61,327 bases of DNA from Candidatus Sumerlaeia bacterium. Its GTDB lineage: Bacteria > Sumerlaeota > Sumerlaeia > SLMS01. Every line of letters starts with the position of its first letter. The stretch's first letter is position 1. Positions 27,063 through 36,861 of the stretch are shown here, one piece after another. The stretch spans positions 1-61,327 of the forward strand of contig JBBQYG010000004.1 of the NCBI GenBank assembly GCA_038208905.1. The letters run 5' to 3'. The notes under the pieces are model-generated. The model was given only the letters and a program-made list of their open reading frames with translations. It was not told the DNA's origin and searched no databases. The position numbers and the translations under genes are program-made.

Positions 27063-28521
27063 AGTCTTTCCCGGTGAGTTTCTTCAATTCCTTAGCCGCA
27101 TTCTTCCGAATGACCGAACTCTTGTTCTGCAGCGCCTTTTCCCACATCTGCACCTCGCGATCCTGTGCCGCTCCCTCACCCGGGGGCAATGACGCTCTGG
27201 GCGATGGGGGAGGCGGCGCCGATCCCGTTGGTTTCCTCGCCGGGGGGGGCGGCGTGATGTCCGGCACGGCGGTCTCGGAGGCCTTGTTCAGCGCGGCCTC
27301 CTCTTCGTCGGCCTCCTTCTCTGCTTCGGCGGCGGAAACCGTTTTCTCCGCGGCGCGGGCTTCCAGGCCACTGATCGCAGCCTTCGAGTCGATACCGCGC
27401 TGCTCCTGCGCGGTCAATTCCTGATGCGAGTCAACGAGGGAGAATCCCTCTTCCTCGCCAAGGTCAAACATCTTTTCGGCTTCCAGAAGTTCCCAAGAGG
27501 CCCGGCGGTTGTCGGCTTCCTCGGCGGGGCTCCCCTCGTGGAGATCGGCTTCCCCTTCAAGGGCTTCGAGCTCGTCCTCGGTGAACGGCGCGAATTCGTC
27601 TGTGTCACCCGCGTCGGCGGCGGCGACTCGCTTGTGGGATGCCTGTGTCGGTGCGGTCAGGTCTTCCTGGACGACGGGCTCGGGATCGAACGCCTCGAGC
27701 GTGATGCCATCGCCCTTTGACTGGCGAATCGTGGGCGCGGCAATCGCCGGAGTACCCATGGCGTCGGGGGCCTCGCCTTCCATCTCGTCTTCGATGGGTG
27801 CGGGTGGCGCGGCGGCGGCTCGGGCCATCGCGTCCTGCCATGTCGCAACATCCACTTTGCGGAAGTTGAGCACGGTCGTGCCGAAAATGATCTCGTCGCC
27901 GTCGCGCAATTCCGCCTCGCGGACGCTGTTGCCGTTTACCGTGGTGCCGCGCCAGGATTCGAGATCCTTGAGGACGAACCGGCTTCCGTCGCGGCGGACG
28001 AGGGCGTGCTTCTTGGAGACGAACCAGTCGTGGAGGCGGATGTCGTTCTCCCCCGCGCGCCCGATGGAAGTCTCGGCGTTGGCGGCATAGAACTCCTGGC
28101 CGGCCTGCTTTCCCTTGGTTACGGTGAACTGGCCGACTTCGCCGGGAATCGGGGAGGCGGTCTCGGAGGGGCCGGCCGCCATCGGCTGGGCCGACGGTGG
28201 AGCCGAAACGGGCACGGGGCCCGACCCCGCCTCTTCCTGGGCCAGGAAAATCAGCGTGTGCTTCCCGATGGTGATCTGGTCGTTGTGGACGACCTCGGTT
28301 TTCGTAATCCGGACGCCATTGACCAGCGAACCATTGGCCGAGTTCATGTCGGTCAGGAAGAACTTCCCGTCCTGGCGCTTGATCCGGCAATGGTTGCGGG
28401 AGACCGACAGATTTTCGATGACGATGTCGTTGTCGCGGGCGCGCCCAACACTGAGCGTGTCCTTATCGAAGAAATACCGGTGAATGATCCGCTCCCCGAG
28501 TTTGACGATGATCTCCGGCAT
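27031..28521 (-). CDS. double FHA-domain protein with an acidic/Pro-rich C-terminal region
   Basis: It has two FHA cores (SVGRARDNDIVIENLSVSRNHCRI...NGSLVNG and SIGRAGENDIRLHDWFVSKKHALV..TTVNG). Its 3' end overlaps the phosphoesterase start by 32 nt. Confidence 0.8.
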   Translation of the reverse strand: MPEIIVKLGERIIHRYFFDKDTLSVGRARDNDIVIENLSVSRNHCRIKRQDGKFFLTDMNSANGSLVNGVRITKTEVVHNDQITIGKHTLIFLAQEEAGSGPVPVSAPPSAQPMAAGPSETASPIPGEVGQFTVTKGKQAGQEFYAANAETSIGRAGENDIRLHDWFVSKKHALVRRDGSRFVLKDLESWRGTTVNGNSVREAELRDGDEIIFGTTVLNFRKVDVATWQDAMARAAAAPPAPIEDEMEGEAPDAMGTPAIAAPTIRQSKGDGITLEAFDPEPVVQEDLTAPTQASHKRVAAADAGDTDEFAPFTEDELEALEGEADLHEGSPAEEADNRRASWELLEAEKMFDLGEEEGFSLVDSHQELTAQEQRGIDSKAAISGLEARAAEKTVSAAEAEKEADEEEAALNKASETAVPDITPPPPARKPTGSAPPPPSPRASLPPGEGAAQDREVQMWEKALQNKSSVIRKNAAKELKKLTGKDYDWQSEPSRP

Positions 28522-28751
28522 GTGCGTCTCTTTAGAGAATGGGGGCTAGTCGGACCGGCCAAGGCGCACCCCGAGTCGGGCCCACTGCGCCCCTTGCCAA
28601 ACCCCTAACCTTCAACCGGTCCAGCGATACCAGCCGGGGAAAGTGGTGTGCAACGGCTAAAGCGATTTTTCGGCAACGGACGCCCACTCAAACTTCGGGC
28701 GCCGCCCGTGGGGAGGAACCCAACCCTGGCGGCGCCTGAAACGAGTGCCTT

Positions 28752-28774
28752 GGCAGCCCCCTTTCGGGGGTGCC
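28752..28774 (-). terminator. hairpin directly after the beta-helix gene stop
   Basis: GGCAGCCCCC-TTTC-GGGGGTGCC forms 9 bp with one bulge and a tetraloop. There is no U tract. Confidence 0.35.
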
Positions 28775-28779
28775 GAGCC

Positions 28780-31647
28780 CTAGAACTGGACCTTGCGCAC
28801 CTCGGTCCTCAATAGGTCCACCTGCGCCGACGCATCGTCGGCGGGATCGAAGGAGAGCATGTCCACGAAGAGCTTGATCTGGGTCACGAAGGGCGGGACC
28901 TCATAGTACATAATGTACTCCCGCGGACTGATTCCCGGGCCGTTTTCGCCGCCGACCCGGCTCTCCAGAACGCGCAGCGCCGAGTCGCGGAAGAAGGGGA
29001 ATTCGCCAATGCGCAAGCGCAGCGTCGGGCAGTTCACCGGCGCCACGTTCGAGCGGATGCGGAACCGCACCTCGAGCAGGTCCCCGCCAGTCACGTTGAT
29101 GGCCGGGCTGGCAATCTCTCCCGCGCAGTTGTTCGATCCACTGGCGCTGATCCGCATCGCATCGCCAATGGGACCGGACGTGGGAACATCCCAGAAGCCG
29201 GGAGCAAAGCCTGCGGATGTCCAGTTCAGCGAGGAGCCGGCGAACTGGGCGAGGTAAAGGGTGGATCCCACGGCCGTCGGCGAGGGTGTCGCGGTCGGCG
29301 GCGCCGTCGTGGGAATCGGCGATGGCGTCGGCGCGGGGCCGTCGGAAACGCCGGAGAAGGTTAGCACGAGGGATGGCGAGGGAAGCGATGTGGGGTCCTC
29401 GAACACGAATTGGGCGGTGGCCCGCCCATCTTGAACGAATACGTTGCTCGCCGGGACCGAGGTGAAGCTGGTGTCGCTCCTCACCCAGCCCAGCGTGGCG
29501 CCCGTGGCGCTTTGGACGGAATCGATGGAAAGGCTGAGCGTGACCCGCGTGTCGGGGCCGGCGATGTAGAAGCCGAGGCGACGGTCGAGCCACAGGGCAA
29601 ACTGCGAGCGGCGCTCGCCCGCCTGCAAGGGGGGGGCCGAGCCGATTGGCGTATTGAGTCGGTAGTCCGTCAGGCCGATGAGCGCGCTATAGGACCCGGT
29701 CACGTTGTTATCCGGTCTCGTGGCCTGCAGCCCCACGATGTTGATATTCGCGCTGACCCGCCCCGTTGCAATAGTGAGCGCGCCGTTTCCGTTGGAGGAG
29801 ACATCCATCAGCCCGGTTGCCGATGCCATTGGGGGCTCAGTTAGGAATGGGACAACGCTGAAAGTTCCCGCGGTCCCCGACGCGGAGCCGCCGGTGCCCG
29901 CAGTCGCGATAGCGGGGCCGTTAGCCTCACCCCAATAGCAATCAGTGGCGTCGGTCAGGCCTGATCCCAGCGCAACCAGGCCTTGGGTTCCGGGATCGCC
30001 GATCCAGTTCCGATTCATCTCCGGAACACGTGACCCGGTTGCGAGTAGCACCGTCCTTCTATTGGAACCCGAAATCCCAAACATGTGGGAGTCCGTGAGT
30101 GCATTGGCCGATCCCGCATTCGTGTAGAGCACGGCTTCGGGCGTCAGGTCGGGAATACCCTGAATCGTGCAGAACCGGACCTCGGAGCTGCCCGAAATGG
30201 GACTGCTCCCCGTATTCGCCGCTTGAATGCCAAAGCTACGCGGACGGTAGATCAGCGAGTTGAAGACTCGAAAGCTCTTGGAAAGACTCTGGACGCCGGT
30301 TCCCTCCCACGATTCGCCGGGGGGGTTCGTCGGCAGCGAGGGGAACGAGTTCCGGTCGTCGGTGAATCCCGAAAGCACGCCAACAGCCGTCAGGGTGCTT
30401 GTTTCATCCACGTTCAAGTTCTGCGCGCGCGCGTTCATCAGCGTGGAGTTGACGATGACAATGCTACTTCCCGGCGATCCCGCCGGCGCCGCGTCGATCT
30501 TGCGCCCCGATACGTTCGAGGTACGCGACCCGCCGACCCACAAATTCTCCGCGAAGAGGTTGGACTGGTTGCACAGTATCCCGTTGTCGGCGGCATCAAC
30601 GATAAACGTGTCCTTCATGGTCACGGTGCTCTGGCTCAGGAAGACGGTATCGTAGTCGTCCACGTTGATCTCGCCGCGAAGCACATCGCCCTGAAACACC
30701 GAATTCTCGATCAGGCCGCTTCCCACCTGGGTCATGTTCACTCCATTGACCAGATTGCGGATGAACTTGGAATTGCGCACGACGGTCGTGGAAGTCCTCA
30801 GCGAAACCAAGCCACTGCGGACCTGCTCGACCCGGCAGTTGTCCACGATGCCGGTGCCCACGTCCTGAAAGTTGATCCCCTCCTGGCGCACCGCTTGGGA
30901 GGGCGTAAGGCCGCTGCTATTGAATGTGGAGTTGGAGACCACCGCCACGGAGCTGGGCGCCGATGCAAAGAAAACCCCGCGCACGCAATTGATGAAATTG
31001 CAGCCCGTGACCTCGGCCTCCAGGAAATTCGTCGCAAAAAGTCCCGCCTCGCGGCCCGTGATGGTGGTGTTCTGAAGGATGATCCGGGAACGGTTCCCCG
31101 AATCCACCAGATTGAACGCCGGTCCTGGCCCCGCAGCCACCGAACCGCCCTGCCAGTTCAGAACAACGCCATTGGCGAGCAGCACTCCCGGCCCTGACTC
31201 GATCGTGCAATTCTCCGCCACCACCGTGCCGCCTTGGGCGCTGATGGCCGCCTCGCTCAGGTTGCGAAAGACGCAATTCCGGTAGATCGTCGTCGATCCG
31301 GGGGTCGTCAACGCCGAGTAATTGCACGCCTCGAATATCACGTTCTCCAGAACGATCGTGCAGTCCGCCGTCAGGAAGATGCCGTTGCCGTTTCGAACCG
31401 TCACGTTGCGCAGGGTCATCTGGGCGCCGGACTGCATGCCGATGTTGGCCCCGCCCAGGTCCAGGATTGCGCCGTTGCCCTCCACGATGCGGTTCGAACC
31501 GCTCAGCAGGAAAGTCCCGCCTGTATAGGTCTCCCCAGCATTGAGGGAGACGTTCCCCCCGCCGGGGACGATCACGTCCACGGTTGGGACGGCAAATGTG
31601 ACCGAGGTCAGACTGAGGAATGCCGCAAGGGCAGTGACGACTTTCAT
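28780..31647 (-). CDS. large secreted right-handed parallel beta-helix repeat protein
   Basis: The signal peptide is MKVVTALAAFLSLTSVTFA. It is followed by many N/G/T-rich repeats of about 22-25 aa (NVTVRNGNGIFL, NCTIESGPGVLL, NTTITGREAGLF, ...) typical of the PbH1/pectate-lyase fold. I trimmed the start to the ATG at 31647. Confidence 0.7.
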   Translation of the reverse strand: MKVVTALAAFLSLTSVTFAVPTVDVIVPGGGNVSLNAGETYTGGTFLLSGSNRIVEGNGAILDLGGANIGMQSGAQMTLRNVTVRNGNGIFLTADCTIVLENVIFEACNYSALTTPGSTTIYRNCVFRNLSEAAISAQGGTVVAENCTIESGPGVLLANGVVLNWQGGSVAAGPGPAFNLVDSGNRSRIILQNTTITGREAGLFATNFLEAEVTGCNFINCVRGVFFASAPSSVAVVSNSTFNSSGLTPSQAVRQEGINFQDVGTGIVDNCRVEQVRSGLVSLRTSTTVVRNSKFIRNLVNGVNMTQVGSGLIENSVFQGDVLRGEINVDDYDTVFLSQSTVTMKDTFIVDAADNGILCNQSNLFAENLWVGGSRTSNVSGRKIDAAPAGSPGSSIVIVNSTLMNARAQNLNVDETSTLTAVGVLSGFTDDRNSFPSLPTNPPGESWEGTGVQSLSKSFRVFNSLIYRPRSFGIQAANTGSSPISGSSEVRFCTIQGIPDLTPEAVLYTNAGSANALTDSHMFGISGSNRRTVLLATGSRVPEMNRNWIGDPGTQGLVALGSGLTDATDCYWGEANGPAIATAGTGGSASGTAGTFSVVPFLTEPPMASATGLMDVSSNGNGALTIATGRVSANINIVGLQATRPDNNVTGSYSALIGLTDYRLNTPIGSAPPLQAGERRSQFALWLDRRLGFYIAGPDTRVTLSLSIDSVQSATGATLGWVRSDTSFTSVPASNVFVQDGRATAQFVFEDPTSLPSPSLVLTFSGVSDGPAPTPSPIPTTAPPTATPSPTAVGSTLYLAQFAGSSLNWTSAGFAPGFWDVPTSGPIGDAMRISASGSNNCAGEIASPAINVTGGDLLEVRFRIRSNVAPVNCPTLRLRIGEFPFFRDSALRVLESRVGGENGPGISPREYIMYYEVPPFVTQIKLFVDMLSFDPADDASAQVDLLRTEVRKVQF

Positions 31648-31822
31648 GGGGGCGCACTCTGAGTGGGTATCGAGTAGTAGCTCGACGTAGAATTCGTTTG
31701 TGCAAAGTCCCGTGTAAAGGGCATTCTCCAACGTCCTCATCCTACGGTGTTGCGTCGGCCCGTGCGAAGCCCCTCAATTGGGGCATACCCAACCCGCCAA
31801 GCCCCAGCCAAGAGCCCTGCCC

Positions 31823-32416
31823 ATGCCGATCCCCCGTCCCGACTCCCCCTACGACCTCTTTCGCGAGTGGTGGAGCGCAGGCCACGATGCCGAGCCAAAG
31901 TATCCCGATGGCGTTTCCCTCGCCACCATCGGCGAGGACCGCATCCCAGCCGTCCGGGTGGTGCTACTCCGCGACTGGGACGAGCGTGGTTTCGTGTTCT
32001 ACACGAATTACGAGGGCGCGAAGGGCCGCGATCTGATGGCGCGCCCGGTTGCGGCGTTGTGCGCCTACTGGAAGACGCTCGACCGCCAGATTCGCATCCG
32101 CGGGACTGTCGAGGTCGCGGAGGGCGAGCTTTCGGACGCCTACTTTGCGGGCCGTCCCCGCGAAAGCCAGATCGGGGCGTGGGCGTCGCACCAGTCCTCC
32201 ATCATCGCGGGGCGCGACGAACTGATGCGAAGCGTGGAGGAAATGTCGCGCCGCTTTGCCGGTCAACCGGTCCCCAGACCGCCGCACTGGGGGGGATTCC
32301 GCGTCAAGCCCGTGCAGATCGAGTACTGGCAGGAGGGCGAGTTCCGCCTCCACGACCGACTTCAGTACACGCAGGGCGAGGACGGATCGTGGAGTTCCGC
32401 GATCCTGTCGCCCTGA
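31823..32416 (+). CDS. pdxH: pyridoxamine 5'-phosphate oxidase
   Basis: RVVLLRDWDERGFVFYTNYEGAKGRDL...IRIRG...YFAGRPRESQIGAWAS.QS...PPHWGGFRV.P..IEYWQ. The start ATG at 31823 is an internal Met of the track ORF. Confidence 0.85.
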   Translation: MPIPRPDSPYDLFREWWSAGHDAEPKYPDGVSLATIGEDRIPAVRVVLLRDWDERGFVFYTNYEGAKGRDLMARPVAALCAYWKTLDRQIRIRGTVEVAEGELSDAYFAGRPRESQIGAWASHQSSIIAGRDELMRSVEEMSRRFAGQPVPRPPHWGGFRVKPVQIEYWQEGEFRLHDRLQYTQGEDGSWSSAILSP

Positions 32417-32429
32417 AGTCGCCTTCAGG
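32412..32429. terminator. 7-bp hairpin whose two arms contain the pdxH and lnt stop codons
   Basis: CCTGAAG-TCGC-CTTCAGG. The pdxH TGA is at 32414-32416 and the lnt stop complement is at 32425-32427. Confidence 0.3.
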
Positions 32430-34233
32430 CCGCCCGTTCCCTCCGCCTTGCGAGCCATACCAGCAATCCCACCGTTCCCCACAGCGCGAGCACGCCATAC
32501 CAAGGGCCCAGGATCGTGTACCAGGAACGCAGCGGCGCGGAGGCCAGCACCAGCTCCGTCTTCAGGATTCCATGCTCCAGCAGCGGCAACTTCTCCGTCA
32601 CGCGGCCCACGGAATCGATCACGCAGGTGATGCCGGTGTTGGTGGCGCGGACCATCGGGATGCCGGTTTCGATGCTGCGCCAGCGGGCCATGTCGCCGTG
32701 CCAGGCGGGCCCCGCGGAACCGTCGAACCAGGCATCATTCGTTGTGTTGACGAAGAGGTTGGCCCCCCGCGATGCGTGGCCGCGATGGATGTGGGCAAAC
32801 TGATCCTCGAAGCAGATCGACGGCCCCAGTCGCACCTCGTGCTCCACGCCTTCGGAATCCGCGACGAAGAAACCGACCGGCGCCGCGAGCCTTCCACGCC
32901 GGAACGATCCCACCTGCACGATCTTGTCCTGAAAGCCGGGAATAATCGAGAGGTACGGCACCGACTCGCCAAACGGCATGAGCTGCACCTTGCGGTAGTC
33001 CGCCGCCATGCGGATGCCCTCGTCCGCGGGGCGGACGAGCCACAGGCCGCCATAGGCGCCTTCCCCGGGGCGAAGCTCGCCGCTCGAATCAATCCCCTCC
33101 GCCAGCGATTCCGTCCAGTCGCCATCGGCGTTGCGGAACACGTTGTCCACCCCGCCGATCACGATGGGCGTTTCCAGGTCCTTCGCCAGGTCGATCACCT
33201 CCAGCATGATCGCCCCGCCGTACTGACGCCGCTGAAAGACCTCCTCCACGTCAATGAACTCCTGGGTGAACGTGCTCTCCGGCGTCACGATCAGGTCGAA
33301 CTCGCCGCGCTCGATCGTGCGGAGCTGCGTGAGCTGCGTCATCGTCAGCTCGTCCTGCAGGCGGCGGCGCTCCGCTTCGTCGGGGCTTGTATAGCTCAGG
33401 TACTTCTTATCCTGTGAAATCCCCGGCTGCATCAGGGCCACGCGCAACTTGAAGGTGGGGCCCTCTGCAAGTTCGCGCTCACGCGCCGACATCACCCCGG
33501 CTCCATATAGACAGCCCAAAATTGCGAGCGCCAGCATCGCCCCCAGCCGCGCCAGCGCGCCGCCCTGGCCATAGCCCGCGCGGAAGGCCGCGATGTTCTC
33601 CATCACCGCAAGGTTCATCCCCACGATCAGCGCGGCGATCAGGGGCGTGCCCCCAAGCGACGCCACATGCGCCATCGCCAGCCACCCGCCCTGGGACTGG
33701 CCCAGTCCATAGGGCATTCCCAGCGGACCAATGCCGAAGAAGTACTCGATGCCCGACCAGCAGAGCATCCCCGCGCCCAGCGCTCCCCACGGCGGCAGCT
33801 TGCGCCCGAAATAGACAATCAGAGCACACGCCACCGCGAAGTAGAAACCGCCATACAGCGCCAGCGGCGGAATGCCGAACCATACCAGCGAATTGAAGCG
33901 GTCGATGATCACAAACCACTTCGTCCCCCACAGCGCCACCAGCGACATAAACAGCCACGCGGGCCAGAACGCCATCGCCGGGCGGCACTTCCTCAGCCCC
34001 CAGAAAATCGGCACCAGCGCCACCCACGCCACCCAGCTCTGGAAGAATGGCCGATAGCACGCCAGCAGCAGCACCGCCGAAACCGGTGCCATCGCAAATG
34101 CCAGCCGCGCTGCACGCCATTCCGCCCACGGCGGGACTGCGGCGCGAAGGAGGCCCAGCCCGCGGCGCATGATCGACGGACGCGCGTTGGGCGCGGGTTC
34201 CTGCTTCGGTTGGGTTGGGCGTTTCTTGGCCAA
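32425..34233 (-). CDS. lnt: apolipoprotein N-acyltransferase
   Basis: The N-terminus is polytopic and the C-terminus is a CN-hydrolase domain (VALMQPGISQD...LIVTPES...ICFED). The start is either the TTG at 34233 or the ATG at 34170. Confidence 0.85.
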   Translation of the reverse strand: MAKKRPTQPKQEPAPNARPSIMRRGLGLLRAAVPPWAEWRAARLAFAMAPVSAVLLLACYRPFFQSWVAWVALVPIFWGLRKCRPAMAFWPAWLFMSLVALWGTKWFVIIDRFNSLVWFGIPPLALYGGFYFAVACALIVYFGRKLPPWGALGAGMLCWSGIEYFFGIGPLGMPYGLGQSQGGWLAMAHVASLGGTPLIAALIVGMNLAVMENIAAFRAGYGQGGALARLGAMLALAILGCLYGAGVMSARERELAEGPTFKLRVALMQPGISQDKKYLSYTSPDEAERRRLQDELTMTQLTQLRTIERGEFDLIVTPESTFTQEFIDVEEVFQRRQYGGAIMLEVIDLAKDLETPIVIGGVDNVFRNADGDWTESLAEGIDSSGELRPGEGAYGGLWLVRPADEGIRMAADYRKVQLMPFGESVPYLSIIPGFQDKIVQVGSFRRGRLAAPVGFFVADSEGVEHEVRLGPSICFEDQFAHIHRGHASRGANLFVNTTNDAWFDGSAGPAWHGDMARWRSIETGIPMVRATNTGITCVIDSVGRVTEKLPLLEHGILKTELVLASAPLRSWYTILGPWYGVLALWGTVGLLVWLARRRERAA

Positions 34234-34236
34234 GGA

Positions 34237-35236
34237 TCAGAGCGCGCGCAGGAAGTAGCCCTGGAATCCAAGCCGGTCCAGCATCGTCAGAACCTGATCC
34301 GCCGAGTCGCGGCGCTCGTACTCCACCGCCGCCACCCAGGGCATGATCGCCGACAGCATCCGGCGCAGCCGAACAGCGGAGACCGCCGGGGCCTGGTCCA
34401 CCGTGAGCACAATGCCAAATCGCCTCGGCGCGATGCGGGCGAGTTCGCGAAAGATATCGAAAAGCTCGCGCTCGTTCCACGCCCTCAGCGGCATGCGGAC
34501 GCATGGCCGGATCCCCGCCACGAAAAGCCGCGACGACCAGAGCCGCCTCATCGCCTTCGCCGACGCGCGCCCCTCCTCGTCGGCTAGGTCCGCGTCGATC
34601 CCCAGCAGCGCCGGATGCAGCGAGAACGCCAGCCCAGCGCGATCTGGCGCCGCGATGAACGCGGCCATTTCCTTCTCTGTCTGAGGCGGCAGAATCACGC
34701 CCACCATTTGGCGCGACTCCTCCAGCCAGTGCTTGCGCAGCTCCAGCACCAAATTCTTTGGCGTCGAGGCGATATCGATCTTCAGCAGCAACGCCGGGCC
34801 GATATCGGTCCCCAGAAATGCGGGTGAGAAAGTCCTCGACGCATCGATCAGGATCGCCACGCCGTCGCGGATCGGCGCCTGGAGCGCGATTGCCGGCGGA
34901 AGCGCCACTGTTGACTCGGCGCCCTCGGCCTGAAGCCCTTCTCGGAACGGAGGAAGCAATTCGCCCCTCAGCCTCAGCACCCGCGCTCCCTCCATCGCCT
35001 CCAGCGAATGAACGACCCCCGGCGCCATCAGGACCACCGTTCCCGCCGCCGCCTCGCTACGCGCCCCCCCCTCCGTCACCGCTACACGGCCTTGCAGCAC
35101 CACATAGACCTCTGCCCCGTCGGAGAACCGCGGCGCCACCGCCTCTCCCGCGGAGAGCGACATAAGTTCCCCAGCCGTCACCGGAGACCAATCCGGTGCG
35201 CGCTGGCAGAGCTGATCGAGGTTCAGTACGGGCACT
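34237..35236 (-). CDS. cupin-domain protein with an uncharacterised C-terminal domain
   Basis: GAEVYVVLQGRVAVTEGG......GTVVLMAPGVVHSL is a cupin beta-barrel pattern. I chose the GTG at 35236 because AAGGAG lies 7 nt upstream. Confidence 0.5.
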
Positions 35237-35332
35237 GATCGACTCCTTGCCGCGTCGGTGGCCAATCAAGCCGCCATTCGCGGGATGGGAAGGAAGAGGC
35301 GCAAGGGGGTTGCTGTGGATTGCCGCGCCCGT

Positions 35333-36229
35333 TCACCCGTCCTCGTCCTTGAGTACCGTCCGGCGGATGTGCCGGTCTAGCGGCCTGCCAATCCCTTCAA
35401 TCGACTCGCGGAGGTTCATGCGGGTTATATCGATGGAGCCGTAGAACCGAAACCAGAGCCAGCCAGCGATGATTAGAATGATGGTTCCGGCCAGCATCTC
35501 GGCACCCGCCTCGTCGAGCGCGCGCTTCATGGAAGTGGGGGAGTCATCGTAGATTACACCTCCGATCGCGTGGACTGCGCGGCTGATCAGGCACAGCGCG
35601 ACGATGCACGCGTAGACTCTCACCATCGCCGCGAATGCGCGACCGATATTCCTCGCCGCCTTCTCTGCGATTCCAGGCGCTACTTTATAGATCATCAGCA
35701 ATGGCGCGCCTTGGTTCTTGTAGAGGCGGCGGGCCCTCGCTTCGGCCGCTGTCTTGTATGTTGCGACGGCCAGGAATGCGAGGGGGAGGACTATCACCAC
35801 GGTTCGCCAGTGCCATACCATATGTCCGTCAAATGCGATCCGCAATGCCGCATAGATGCCACTCGCCATCAGGCAAATAGCCGCGATCATGAGCGCGTCG
35901 CTGCGCGGCGCCGATTCCTGCTGCTCGAGATAAAGCGCCTCCAGAACATCGCTTCCAGTCACCCCACACGACCACAGATCGAAAAGTGTCGGAGTCACCT
36001 TGCCGTCCGGCGGAAGAATGGCCGCAAAAGTCTGCCGATGCCAAGCTCGCAGCCGCCGCCACAACGGAGCCGGCCCCGCCGCTTCCCTCGCCTCCTTGTA
36101 TATGCGAGAGAGCGCATTGTCTGGATCCACGACACCCTCATAGGGGTCCTCGCGGTGGAGGAGGCGGGCGACCAATGTACGTGGCGCCTCCGCTGTTGTG
36201 GGTTCGCCGTTTCCGTTCAATTCCATCAC
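35333..36229 (-). CDS. hypothetical integral membrane protein
   Basis: This is the only long ORF here. It has several hydrophobic segments (IAAICLMASGIYAAL, VVIVLPLAFLAVATY, VYACIVALCLISRAV, GTIILIIAGWLWF) and no recognisable motif. Confidence 0.45.
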   Translation of the reverse strand: MMELNGNGEPTTAEAPRTLVARLLHREDPYEGVVDPDNALSRIYKEAREAAGPAPLWRRLRAWHRQTFAAILPPDGKVTPTLFDLWSCGVTGSDVLEALYLEQQESAPRSDALMIAAICLMASGIYAALRIAFDGHMVWHWRTVVIVLPLAFLAVATYKTAAEARARRLYKNQGAPLLMIYKVAPGIAEKAARNIGRAFAAMVRVYACIVALCLISRAVHAIGGVIYDDSPTSMKRALDEAGAEMLAGTIILIIAGWLWFRFYGSIDITRMNLRESIEGIGRPLDRHIRRTVLKDEDG

Positions 36230-36372
36230 TGCCGCATGGATGCCTACTTCAGGGGGATGCTAGGCAGGACAGGGGCGATGCGAGCAATGGGGTTTTGGGC
36301 TCGCTTGCCTGGTGGCGAGGTTGAGTGGCCCCTTAACAGGACGAGTGCCGCAGCACTCAGATTGTCCTCCCC

Positions 36373-36552
36373 ATGAAGTCTCGGACAATCATCTTCTATC
36401 AATAGGGTGACGGGAGGGCGCCGGTTCGGGACTGGCTCAAGGGCCTCGCAGGCCAATCGATCCGGAGAAGAATCCACACTCGTCTGGATCGGCTCGCCGT
36501 CGGGAACGCAGGCGATCATAAGTCCGTCTGGAAACGAGGGACTGAATCATGA
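36373..36552 (+). pseudogene. decayed HigB/RelE-type 'addiction module killer' toxin (in-frame TAG at 36403-36405, C-terminal half missing)
   Basis: My own translation is MKSRTIIFYQ*GDGRAPVRDWLKGLAGQSIRRRIHTRLDRLAVGNAGDHKSV.... It matches the N-terminal half of the killer-protein family (..EY.TEDGKSPF.EWL.SL......I..RL.RL..GN.G..K.V) but lacks the GPGYR.Y region. Confidence 0.6.
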
Positions 36553-36860
36553 AGCGCCAACACCCCAAGTTTGACGACAATATGCTGAAAGAACTCAAGG
36601 ACCTGAAGGAGGCCCAGGCCTACCTCGATGTGGCTCTTTAGGAGTACGAGGAGGACGGCGACTATGCGGCGTTCCTATTGGCGCTGCGTCGCGTGGCGGA
36701 AGCGCAGGGCGGGATGAGCGACCTTGCTCGGCGGAGCGATCTCAACCGGCGGAATCTGTACGCGGCGCTGTCCGAAACCGGGCAGCCCCGGCTCGATACG
36801 ATTTGCGCGGTCTTGCAGAGTATCGGGCTGCGGTTCTCGATCGCGCGGGCCGTGAAGTAA
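36549..36860 (+). pseudogene. HigA-type 'addiction module antidote' HTH antitoxin interrupted by an in-frame TAG (36639-36641)
   Basis: MKRQHPKFDDNMLKELKDLKEAQAYLDVAL*EYEEDGDYAAFLLALRRVAEAQGGMSDLARRSDLNRRNLYAALSETGQPRLDTICAVLQSIGLRFSI. The ATG overlaps the toxin stop (ATGA). The track shows only the 60-aa tail. Confidence 0.65.
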
Positions 36861-36861
36861 C

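Noticed and set aside
28905-28919. AGTACATAATGTACT perfect 7-1-7 palindrome
   Set aside because: It lies inside the beta-helix protein CDS (codons for Ile-Met-Tyr-Tyr). It is a single short occurrence with no flanking signal, so it is most likely chance.
36403-36641. Possibility that TAG is a reassigned or read-through sense codon (two in-frame TAGs in the toxin-antitoxin pair)
   Set aside because: TAG terminates many well-supported genes in this window at the expected protein ends (mutL 12602-12604, leuB-like 51805-51807, ABC ATPase 57240-57242, SGNH 38811-38813, hydrolase 40922-40924). The toxin is additionally truncated, so pseudogenisation is the simpler explanation.
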